Shown here piece after piece: positions 1 through 57,300 of a stretch of DNA of 64,000 nt. The notes below the pieces were generated by a model. It did no database searches and had not been told where the DNA came from. It was given only the letters and a program-made list of their open reading frames with translations. Position 1 is the first letter of the stretch; every line of letters starts with the position of its first letter. The translations under genes and the position numbers were made by a program. Where the stretch lies: NCBI GenBank assembly GCA_051362555.1, contig CM120646.1, forward strand, positions 12,896,001 to 12,960,000, written 5' to 3'. Source of the DNA: Lingula anatina (taxonomy: Eukaryota > Animalia > Brachiopoda).

Positions 1-686
1 ACCTGTATATTTGCCATGTGGCATTGGATTTAATATAGTGTCAGTAAGGTTCAGTGTGCTACTTACAGGCAAATAAGGCAAACAAAATGGAAGCTAATAA
101 AGCTAAAGAAAATGAGTTTTTTGTAAGTAGTAGAGTGCTTGTTTGAAGTTGTCAGTTTTGCTGTGAATTTTTGTCGATGTCTAGTTGTATTCAGTTGTTC
201 TTTCTGCGAGGGAACTTCCATTCGCTATGTCAAGTTGTTGCTCATTGCAAAGTTTTTGTGATGATTGCTTTAAAAAACGAGAAAAAATTGGAACAGGGGT
301 CTGGGTCAGAAAGAGTTACAAGCACTGATTTTGCATTTACCTTGTTAAAATTGGTGTCGATACTTAATTCCCCTTGCTTTGCTTTGTTACCTCAGCATTT
401 TGATCACAACCAAGTTTTCTTCAATACATATTTCTCAGATTTACATGGTCTCTGCTTGTTGTACCTGCATTTCAGCAAAATTGTGTAACTTGATATGCCC
501 GTGTCAATTAGTTCAGAACACACCTTTCTGTGACTAAATTCTATCACTGCTAACAACAGGATGTCATTCTGTTTGACATGTTTTTTGCTCATGGAACAGT
601 TTGTTGTTCTTGGAAAGTTTGCATATTGTTGTTCTTTTTCTCCCAGTGCTTATCTGTTGATGTTACAGTGCCTTTCTTTTCTGTAC

Positions 687-699
687 TAAGGTGCTATTT

Positions 700-730
<31 letters not shown>

Positions 731-800
731 TTAATTTTTTTATTTATTTTTATTATTTATTTATTAATTTTTTTATTTATTTTTATTTATTTATTTATTT
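687..800. repeat. (TTTA)n low-complexity tract
   Basis: Pure A/T tetranucleotide-based run. Confidence 0.9.
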
Positions 801-1837
801 TCCTGGTAACTTGTTGTTCTTTCAAATGACATACTCAGATATATGTGACTCCTTAATTTTGTTATAATTTCATAGCAAATATTAGACGATACATTCTTAC
901 TGTCAAATTGTATTTTTATTATGCATTTATTCACTCAGAGTTAAACTTAAAACTGTTTTGTGTGGGTTTCAGTGTGTTTTAATGTTTTATGAAAAATGTA
1001 CTTGGTTTAATCATTCAGCTCTAAAATTCAGTATGCAAAGACATAAATGTATTACCTGAATTTGGATATATTTTACCTTGTAGTTGAGGTGTGTGTTTTA
1101 CCACTCCTGCTGCTAAATGACATTTTAACATTTTCTCCGTTGATTAAGATAAATTGCCAGACCTCTTTGTTTTTACATCACGCGCTAAATATGGCGTAAA
1201 ATGTGCAGTAGGTTTCCAATAACCTTTAAACATTATTGGTGTCATTAGGAAATTAATTTGCTTATGGCATATTACATTTAGAATTAACCGTTCATGACTG
1301 ATCAAAAGCAAGAGAGATCAACTGGTCGTAGTTGAGATTGAAACAGTTTGAAAACAATTGGACTAATGTATACAAAGTACATACCAGGGGAGTATAAACT
1401 TAATAAACCCTTGAAAGTTCATTTCCCTCATAAAACATCTTGCATAGTTCTTCGTCATAGTAAACTGCATGCCACTTCAGGTTTCAGGACAATGAGGGCA
1501 ATGCACGCATTCCTGAAACATTTCTACGGAAGGAGAGCCATTTGTTCACTCAGTTAACAGGAATTTGTAACGGGTTTCTGCCTCACAAACGGAGCTTTGC
1601 TAGTATTGTAACTTCGGAGTTTGTCAGCATTTTAGCTACGTTGCTACTGCTGGTGATGATGCCAACAAGTTGATACAGTAATTATTGTTTTCTGATGCTG
1701 TAATTGTCTGCTTTTGCCACCCATATGCCCATGTTCTTGCTACCAGTTTTCATTGTTACATATTGTCCTGTGTCTGTTATTGGGACTATGGTATCCTAGT
1801 GGTAATATTGTCACGTTATTGTCATTGCTGCTTTCAG

Positions 1838-47233
<45,396 letters not shown>

Positions 47234-49308
47234 CCCATCACCCCTTACACAACAAAAATGAACTCATCCAGCTTGTTCTGTAATACAGACAGGCAGAATA
47301 GTAAGCTCTCCCAGTAGGGGTGTTGAGATCTTAAACAGGGTAAATAGTGGCCTCTAATAGTGAAAGGGGGTTTGTATCACCACATCAGTATATGGCGATG
47401 TGGATTTTATTACCTTGACCTTAAAGGTCAATATACTGACCTTGACCCAAGAGCTTTCAACGTCCATATGAAGAGCAAATTTAACTGATGCTTTGAACTG
47501 CACGCCACAGTTCATATCTGTCTGAAGTTTGTAAAGAAAAAAGGTGAAGAGGTTGCAGACATCAGAGAGTGAAGAAGACTTACATTGATTTAAAAGACAT
47601 AGAAAGAAGTGGAGAATGATCTAACTGAAGCGAGAGATTATTTGTCTTTGATGACAGAAATACATAAGGAAGCAAAGGGAATTCCCTGCTGGCCTGCATG
47701 CATAAGCACTGCTGTTCAATTCATGGAGCTTCATATAAGTATGAAAAGGCATTGACGTGTGTGACTGTCGCTGACATTACTGTATTTTTAAGTGCCTTAT
47801 TTGGTTGAAGCTGGGGTTAAGAACTTGCAATCTTCACTGTATTCTGTTCATATCTGTTATTTATGTACAACTTTTAGTATAACTGTTTGACCTTTGCACT
47901 TTTGTTACACATTAGACGTAATCAATTTTGAGTGAAATGATTTTATATCAGAGTGCATAATTTTATTTTATTTTTTACTATGAAAAACTATGTTATCCTA
48001 CATTTTAGTCTTTAATCATCTTCAGTGGTGTTCGTTTTTTTTTTTTTTTTATGGACCCTTCCTTTGCAACTGCAAATAGGAACTGTGACTTCCTGTTTCT
48101 CAGATCACTACTTTCTGTCTCATATTTTTGTTGCCCCCTAAAATATTTTAAAGATGCAACACAGATTTGCCTTTTAAAATGCAACATGTTACTAGCACAT
48201 GTAGAATAATGTCTTAATTTAAAATGCATCAAAATAACAAAAATTGCACTGAAATTGCTTCTAAGGGCACAAAGTCAAAAGCATATGATTAGTGTGATTT
48301 GAAATAAACAGCATTTCTGTTGGACTTTGGACAAAATCTATTTACAAACTACCTTTCCGAATGTAACCTGTTGGTAACTGGTGCCCACCTGAGTGTTGTT
48401 TTGCACTCACTTTTGGCATTTGCTTGAGTGCAGCTCACTAGATTTTGTGCCCAGGAAGTAACACATCTTGTTTTGAAATTCAAGCATAGATATAAAATAT
48501 TGTATCTTAAATTATTTAATTTTCCATTCAAATTAAAAAGAAAGATGGTCCTGAATCAATAAAGAAAATATTTTCTCTCTGTCCTTCTGACATATCACAC
48601 TTCACAGTACTTTTAAACAAATGCAGTATTTGGATTATATTTTTGCCACAAGTGCATTTACAGTAGAATATTGATGCATTTGGGCTGTTCTTATATATGT
48701 ACACTTTTATTCTTTGGTATTGCTCTTGACTTTCAAGTGTATTTTGTCAGATTGAATCCATAGCTACCTACACAATGAAATCATTACTTCATCTTTTTCC
48801 AAGCAATAGGGTGTCTTTGGTGGTAAGGACCAATGTGACGGCATTGTTCATACCATCATACTTAGATTGCTTCCAAATACAGGTTTTTATTATGACAGAA
48901 ACTAGTGATGAGTTTGATCATCTAAAGTTACAAGAATAGTGCTCTGGTATTATTAAGTGCTCTGATTTTCAAATAGAGATATACTAATATTTATGTAGGA
49001 ACTTTCCCAAATGAGCAGATCATTACAGAGATTCTAGAAGCTATGTAAAATTCTAGAATAACCATATCACATTACTTCTATATCGCCTGCAATCCACCAC
49101 CTCCAGTCGTTGCTTAGAAGTGTTTTACACTGTAATGCCATTGTGCTTCACCTACACTACAATATCAATTGTTTGATACCTGTTTATATAGTTATAATGA
49201 CCAGTTTTGTGAATTATTGGCACTTAAAGAGTGTTTTTCCTAAGATACTCTTGTAATACGTTGACAACACTGGCACTGTACTCAATGCATTTTATAGTTC
49301 ATTTATGC

Positions 49309-49314
49309 AATAAA
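49309..49314 (+). terminator. Candidate polyadenylation signal of PHLDB (about 2.1 kb 3' UTR)
   Basis: AATAAA followed by T-rich sequence near the end of the UTR-like stretch; other AATAAA hexamers exist upstream. Confidence 0.35.
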
Positions 49315-50241
49315 ACCTTGTATATTATCCTTGAATTAAATTTTATTCGTCTTACACAGTTGATCTATAATCATATCGCATTCAAACACAAAATAGCGGT
49401 TCAAGTAAATATCGACTTTTGATTTTGAAATTCACTTCATGGGTGAAATATATAATATTTTTATGAAATTGTGCGCTTTGTCGGGAGCGCCTGGAGATCA
49501 AGAGATGTAATTAGAATCAATTAACTTCAGCTTTGTTATCTAGATTACTGTGTTCCGACTCCGTGTAATTGGAATAAGATAATTCACATGCTTGCATGTA
49601 GCCAGCAATTTAAAACTTGAAGGAAGATTTTTTTTCCTAATAATCGAACCTTAAACCCACTTTGTTGTCCCCACTGGAGAATTTGCAAAAAAAATCCAGA
49701 TCAAATTTTGATTCAGAGCGGACTTTTTCCTTTCAAAAGGATGGTTCTTCCGAACTCCTGATCACCCCACCTACGGGCTACATCCACCCCTTTTTAAACC
49801 CCCTTTACACTGGACGGCGTCCTTTCTGCGACCATGAAACTGGCATTGCTGTGGATGTAAAAAAGAAGGCACAAGCACCCCTTTGGTTGCAGAATAAATG
49901 CTCAGTGATCGGCCAGGTGTCGGCACGTAAAATTTTTTTTTCACTCTCAAACGGGGCCGTGCGGGACGCGGAGAGGACATCGCCTAGGGAAAAGCTCATT
50001 TGAACATATAGTTACCATCTTTTTTCTGCAATTTGTGATTTAAAAATGAATGGGATTAGATAGAATGGAAAAGACCAAGAGCCAAATAAGGAACCACATT
50101 GTTAAAACGTGGCATACTGGACCAAAACGCCAGTCATCCAGCGTGACAAAATGTCAGATGGAAGGACTATCTATTAGGCATGCTATGAACGCCATAATCG
50201 TTGGGTGCGGAATATGAGGGGACATCCCGGTATACACAGGT

Positions 50242-50407
50242 CAGGCCTATAGCCAGAGGGGGTTCGGGGGTTCGAAAGAACCCCTTTTTGCTGGGAAAAG
50301 GTCCCTTCTGGGTAAAAATTTATCTAGTCACATGAAGGTTTCATGGTAAAAGATCCACTTCTTCAGAAAAAGAACCCCCCTTTTTGAAATTGCTGGTTGT
50401 GGGCCTG
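50242..50407. mobile_element. MITE family B (CAGGCCCGTAGCCAG termini), copy 1
   Basis: Imperfect TIRs, 5-bp TSD CAGGT; homologous to 59616-59781. Confidence 0.82.
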
Positions 50408-50987
50408 CAGGTCGTTATTATAACGTTACCATTACGTTAATATAACTAAAAAATGTTATGATAACGAACTGTTTTTTCTTGGGATGAACCGAAAAGGTTT
50501 TCTGTGGCACGGGATCGAATCAGTTCAAGAGACGGAGTTTGATCGCTCTTTCGATACTGAAACGCTCAATGGCGTCTAAAGTGAATTCATTCCTTAAAAC
50601 GTTATATATCAGAAGCGTTTCGCAGACCATCCTGAATTTTCGTCGTCCTCCGTCAAAGATCGTTACCATCTCTCGCCTTAATAATGGTGATAAGCTAGGG
50701 TGTCTGACGAGATATATAACAAGTGGAATAAAATTTTAAAAATATAACACTTTCGCGCTAGCAGCAAGGGCAGACAAGCTGACTACAACCATCAATCAGA
50801 AAGCATGACGGCGATCATCGGGCCACACGAGAATATTAATATTACACCAAAGGACAAATAAATTTTCCAGTCAACAATATAATAACTATACACACACACA
50901 CACCGTCGTGTTAGTGTTGTAACTCCTTGTTTAAACACTGAAATATTATTAAGTGCCTTTGTCACTGCAGTGAAAAGGAAAACAGTT

Positions 50988-51069
50988 CGCAGTCGACAGG
51001 ATTCGAACCTGTGCGGGGAGACCCCAACAGATTTCTAGTCTGTCGCCTTAACCACTCGGCCACGACTGC
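50988..51069 (-). tRNA. trnS-AGA: tRNA-Ser(AGA) copy 1
   Basis: GCAGTCGTGGCCGAGTGGTTAAGGCGACAGACT-AGA-AATCTGTTGGGGTCTCCCCGCACAGGTTCGAATCCTGTCGACTGCG; 82 nt, long variable arm, A/B boxes, G73, downstream T-runs. Confidence 0.96.
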
Positions 51070-51446
51070 CGTTTTCTAACCGTAATGACTGCAAGATTCC
51101 ACTTTTACATTAATCGAAAAAAATATATGAATATTTTGCACTGAACTAGTATGAAGAAAGACGCGATTAGATATCTTTTCATTTTATAAAAAGCGTAATT
51201 TTTCCTTTTAAGGAAAATACTTGCAGATTTTCTAGATTCTACCTTTTCAATCAATTGCTTATAATTTTAGAGCATGCTATTGACTTCGGATGCTTCTTAC
51301 CATACTTTTTGATAGATATATGATCAATCACTCTAATATCTTTTGCATAATAAAATTGTCGATACAAATAAATCGCCTATTTGTCCTGAACTATCACAAT
51401 TTGCCCTTTTCACATTTTTAAGAGTGATAGTAAAAGAAAAAAAATT

Positions 51447-51528
51447 CGCAGTCGACAGGATTCGAACCTGTGCGGGGAGACCCCAACAGATTTCTAGTCT
51501 GTCGCCTTAACCACTCGGCCACGACTGC
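51447..51528 (-). tRNA. trnS-AGA: tRNA-Ser(AGA) copy 2
   Basis: Identical to copy 1; T-rich terminator downstream on the - strand. Confidence 0.96.
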
Positions 51529-52094
51529 CGTTTTCTAATCGTAACGATTGGAAATTTCCACTTCTACATTAATCAGAAAAAAAATAGATCAGATTTTTGC
51601 ACTGAACTAGTATGATTAAACAAGAAAGACGTGATTACATACCTTTTCATTTTATAAAAGGCGTAGTTTTCCTTTTAAGGAAAATACTTGCAACTGGACA
51701 TGTAAAATATACTCCAGTAACCACACTCTTCCTTTAGATTGCTAACTTGATAAGAAAATAATGCAACAGATGCACGGATATGTTGTGAAACTGAAAGATA
51801 TAAATAATTTTTACCTGTTTCATCACATTCTACGCAATTCCACTGGCAGCCAAGATGGCACATCTTCTAGATTCTACCTTTTCATTCGATTGCTTATAAT
51901 TTTAGAGGCCCATGACGAGGCATGCTATGGACTTCGAATACTTTTTACCAAACTTTTTGATACATGTATGATAAATCACTCTCAATATCTTTTACATAAT
52001 AAAATTGTCGATACAAAGAAATCGTCTATTTGCCATGAATTATCACAATGTGCCCTTTTCACATTATAAGAATGATATTAAAAGAAAATAAATT

Positions 52095-52176
52095 CGCAGT
52101 CGACAGGATTCGAACCTGTGCGGGGAGACCCCAACAGATTTCTAGTCTGTCGCCTTAACCACTCGGCCACGACTGC
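52095..52176 (-). tRNA. trnS-AGA: tRNA-Ser(AGA) copy 3
   Basis: Identical to copy 1. Confidence 0.96.
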
Positions 52177-52444
52177 TGTTGAAACCTCCAAACGGTATCT
52201 TTACGGAGTATTATTACAAGTAGATATCTATTCACACGCGTTTTGAGCGCAGTGCAAAGATATTAGCTGGGCTAAAATCCCCAAAGAACTATCATACAAG
52301 TGTTTGAAATTGACTGAAATATTTAAAATTAAAATTTATTATATATTAAATGAGTTTTTTTCAAAATTTAATTAATTCTTTACCTTATAATAAGTCAATT
52401 TAAAGAATATTAGTTTTGTCATTATCCTTACAAAAAATGTACCA

Positions 52445-52810
52445 GAACGGACTGGAGTCTTTTTGATTAGCAAATTTCCATCCCTGAATTAAAGCAATAG
52501 TAATATATAAGTGATTTTACTTATCTTTGTATCTATATCCTTCTACCAGTAATACGTTTATGCTGATTATTTTTTTTCCAGTTTAAGCTAGCTTACAAGC
52601 ACGCAGTCAAAGGTTGGAAATTGATGAGTGAAAAAAGTCTCGCTCTCATAATTGACGGTTTACTTTTAACAAACCCATATTTTACCCACATTTTACGATC
52701 TCGCAGCAAACAGAAACAGAAAATGCTCTAAGAAAAATTATTTGAATGCTTCTATGGGCACATTCCCAATAAAACATATATATCTTTATATATCAGTCCA
52801 ACTCCGCGGT
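52445..52810 (-). pseudogene. Inverted, internally deleted duplicate of the methyltransferase exon 5 to exon 6 region
   Basis: Reverse complement matches about 58110-58665 (cataaacgtattactggta, gctagcttaaa, ttaattcaggga, ttgctgc.agatcgtaa.atgtgggt, agaagcattc); exon 5 is truncated. Confidence 0.75.
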
Positions 52811-53358
52811 CTCCAAATTCAACTCTCGTCCCTGCACTTGGTTGTGATATTTATACCATTTCTAATAATATAAATTCAATAATTTAGTTTTAAATGACTG
52901 GCAGCCACTCTAAGCACAGGGTCCGCAAGAAGTCTGTTACAACTTTAATTTTGAATGCTTCTTCAGAGGCATCTGATAGCAGAGGGTTTCTTCTTGTATA
53001 TTTCAGAACGAAACATTGATATCAGGTACTTTATTATGAGAGGTTTTGACGCTTGTAGGGCTTGGAATGAGAGAAATATGCAGGATATGTCGACACAGAA
53101 TTTATCATGATAGGAAGTTAGAACTTTGGACATTTTCTAGAGCACATAGACTTACTTATGATATTATAATTCTTATTTATTTTATAAGTGTTTCTATCTA
53201 CGTTCTTTGGTTTTACAAAATGTAATGTTTTGCATATTTTTCAAACAATTTAAAATGCATTTGCTATTATATTGTATATTAGGGTTTATTCGAAATGTCA
53301 TCAATTTATCAAATGAATTAACCCTATTCATACCGGGTGGGGTTGTTTACCACCCTAG

Positions 53359-53362
<4 letters not shown>

Positions 53363-53449
<87 letters not shown>
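53363..53449. repeat. (AT)n(GT)n compound microsatellite
   Basis: Long AT run followed by GT units. Confidence 0.95.
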
Positions 53450-53450
<1 letters not shown>

Positions 53451-53847
53451 TGGTGTAATTTTCTTATTTTACGTTATTTTCCCCATGAAATTTCATGGGT
53501 TTGTCTCATTTTCATCAGCTTCCAGGAGATATTTTTACAGGCTTGGTATCTTTTATGGCTATTTTACTAGACGCAAAATAGTGTTGGGGTCATAAAGGCC
53601 TAGGAGAGATGGCGATTTCGCCTGGGCGGGTTTAGAATCTTTTTGGTTGAGTGTATATATAGGCCTTCAACAGCTGCACCCCCCCCCCCCCTTCACAAAC
53701 ATTTTCCTTGCCCTTCGGCCCTGATAAGGCCGATGTTTGAGACAGCACGTTCGACCTACTTTTATAACATCGGTTAAAAGTAGTCAGTGTCACTTATCAT
53801 TAGAAATATATTATACATGTACATGTACATCCCACAGTATAAGAACC

Positions 53848-53976
53848 ATGGCGGACTCGAACAAGTCCACCGCTGGCATTCATTACGATCAGAGTACCTC
53901 TGAGGCGTATTCTTTGTACAGACCTCTCTGGACAGACACCATAGTAGGACGGGTAATGGACTATGTAGGAGAAAAG
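53848..53976 (+). CDS. Methyltransferase exon 1
   Basis: accATGG Kozak context; GAAAAG|gtaggg. Confidence 0.85.
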
Positions 53977-54361
53977 GTAGGGGTCACTATTTTGAGTGGT
54001 AAATTTGTGTACATTAATTGTGTTTATTGTGTTAAATTTATTGATATCTGTCCTCTACATAAGAGAAACTTCAAGGTTCTATGTCATAGTCTTCGCCTGG
54101 TTTTGAAAAGTACTTAAGTTGTTGCCGTGTACAGATCTCAAAATTGACACGCACGCGTCTTCACTATAATCAATAATATAAATTTACAAGTCAGTTGATC
54201 ACTTTGCTACCTCTCTCTCTCTTAATTATTTAGTCATCCTCTCTCTTTCTCTCTCTCCTAATTATTTAGTCATCCTCTCTCTCTCTCTCTCCTAATTATT
54301 TAGTCATCCTCTCTCTCTCTCTCCTAATTATTTAGTCATCCTCTCTGAGTCTCTCTCTCTG

Positions 54362-54395
<34 letters not shown>

Positions 54396-57300
54396 AATTA
54401 TATAGTCATCGTTGATTCTTCGTGCCCAGCTCCCTGGTCCGCACACTCAAGCTATAGACGTCGGTTGTGGCACCGGGCAGTTCACCACGATGCTGGCCCC
54501 GTATTTCCAACGGATTATAGGGCTTGACCCGAGCCCTTATCAAGTGGAAAATGCCAACAAAGGCTGTGTGCCTCCTAATGTCACATATCAGTGAGTTGTT
54601 TCTGCTTCATAGGGCGCATTCAGAAACAGTTGATCCTCGGACTTACTAGTCTGAGTATCAAATGGCTCTGAATGCGCCCATGGACGGACTGAACGCCTCC
54701 CGTTGAAATTTTAATTCCGATTGGAGTATTTTCTTTTATTACAGTGGTTTCTACTACAATATACTTTGGATCCAGTATACTGGTTCCCTAGAATATAGAA
54801 TATTGAAAATCAATTTTGTAAGAGACTTTTTGGTCGGAGAGTAATGACTGCCATAATGGCTACCTCACCTGCATCAGATTCTGATAAACGAAGAAAAGTA
54901 ATTTATATGCTGTATCATGCACTGCGCTTATACATTGTATGGAAATATATCACAGCGCCATGCCAAGATGTTTGCATTTGTTTAGGTTGAGGAATACCTT
55001 ATACAAAAGTTCACCAAATGTGATTTTTTTTCTACCTGCGGAACAGCCAAGCAGGCGTATAGGTCTTTTGCCCTTCTGAAATTTTCCAATCAATGTACTT
55101 ATTTTGACATTTTGAAAACCTATGCCATTGTCGCCGCAGGTTCTATCATTAAGCTTCTTTTCCTCATTCTTTATGTTCACATATTTGTATGTGTAGGAAA
55201 GAAACCTATGTTGTCTTGGATAATACTCTGTTCCAGAGTGGGTAATGCTGAGAAACTACCAGTACCTAAAGACAGCGCAGACCTAGTAACCGCCGCCACT
55301 GCCGCTCACTGGTTCGACATGAACGACTTTTATAAGGAAAGTGGTTAAAATTTAACCAGTTGAATAATTATCTGCATTGTTCACAAACATATGGTGTCTT
55401 TACAAACTTTTAAAGATGAATGTCATACAATGTTGTGTGGAAATCGAAGATTTGTGCGAGTAAGGTGCCAGTAGAGCTGGCTTTGTTATACATTTTATGG
55501 GTGCACTTCATTTGTTTCTTGTGAAAACTGAACATAGCCTTGGTACTTGAACCTACTGTAGGCCTATCTTAGGGGCCCGTCGAGCACTGATTTGTGAGTA
55601 GGAAAATATGCTTATTTTTTAAAGGAAAATTCGATTTGCCGTGAAAATCCTGGAGAGAATATCTTTAGAGATGGTAAAACGTGTTTAAGAGTAAGGTCAT
55701 TGGTACATTTTTTGAACATCAGGAATCTGAGCAAAAGTATCCCACCTCCCTTTTGGCCCTCTGATGCCAGTGTATGTAATTGTTTCAGAACTTTAGCTAA
55801 TGTCATTATCATTTCCTGATTGTAGGAGTCGGCGAGAATTTTGCGACCCAATGGCTGCCTTGCTGTGCTGTATTACGACGTCATACCTGACATTCATGGC
55901 AGTAGCAATGGAGACACAATCAAGCGCCTACTCGACGAGGTAAACTTTAAGAGTAGCCCAAACACGCTGCAGTTACTACTGTTTTTTTTTTTTTATTAGA
56001 ACACATTGTATGACCGATATTCAGTATTTTAATGAAAGTGCAAAACTTGCAGACATAGAATTTCCTGAGATACATAATGCAAACATTTTTTCTAATTGCC
56101 AATGCACTATTACATATCGTGACAGGGGTCAAAACAGAATTTGGGCAGGACTGGCCAATACGGACCAGTGGACCTTAGAGGTACTGGTCCGTACCAAGAA
56201 GTACTGGTCCGTAAAATTTTTCATTAAAAATTAGTAGTTTCAAGCTACTAGATATAACGAAAACGCATACATGTTTAACATCCACTTTTATGACTATATG
56301 ATTATCTAAACACATTCATATTCCAGTCAGTTCCTTTAACTGTTTGTACACATCCTCCTCTGCTAGCTCATCATCATCATAATATATAAAAAATAAAATG
56401 GATATATAAAAAATTATTATGAAATAAATATAACTTCTACATATATCCATATTTTAATCTTAAAAATTTAATTTAATTTTAATTGCTGGGGTTGAACGCG
56501 AAACGAAAAAAACTTCTCTCAAACTTTACTAGCCCGAACCAAAAAACACTAGCCCAATTTACATAATTCATTTAAGTTTAAGCAGATGCTGTGAAGAGTT
56601 GTGGTATCATACTGTACTTTCTTATAAACCTTATTATAGAAGTAGAGCAAGTGAATAACAAAGTCAATCAGGTTAATTTCCAGTTGATGGTGTGGTAAAA
56701 TTAATTAAGAATATATTTAATTGTTTTAATATTGAAAAAATTCTTTTTTTTAATCTGTAATACTGAATATAGTTACCCTTTTCATATTTTTATTATATCT
56801 TTTTTCCCATTTTTATACGCAATCAAAATCTTTTTTTTTTTAATTCCTATTCTTTTTATTGACAATGGCTCTTTTCTGACAATTTATTTCCAATTACATA
56901 GGTATATAATGCCACTTCTAATTTAAAATACATAGGTGCTGTAAGGGTAATTAAAAAAACGTCTTACAATTTTTTTGGTAACAATTCTTTTGGTTATATA
57001 TTTGTAAAAACAACTTTTCAAGGACTTTACCAGGACAAAGTGTGGAGGGGTAGCCATGGCATAAACCGAACTATGCCACATTGTCAAGAATAGTTCATAG
57101 GGTATTTATGTAACTGCCATGTATTTACTCATGGACATTAAAATTATAAATAAAAAATATAAACAAAAAAGGAAATAGAATACTCCACCCCTCAGTCTGC
57201 TAAGTGGTCCTAGCCTAAATGTTCTATGAGATAACGCATACATTACACTTGCTTCGGAGACAGTGTTGTTTTGACAAAACCTGTTGCTAGTACCAAAGAA

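Noticed and set aside
49440-50050. CpG-richer intergenic block with ORFs on both strands, considered as ncRNA or small gene
   Set aside because: No recognisable snRNA, SRP, tRNA or protein motif, and no splice structure; possibly a repeat or regulatory element but unsupported without a search
57010-57110. Possible missing methyltransferase exon 5
   Set aside because: Lies inside the 56123-57811 transposon and has stops; 58213-58331 fits both phases
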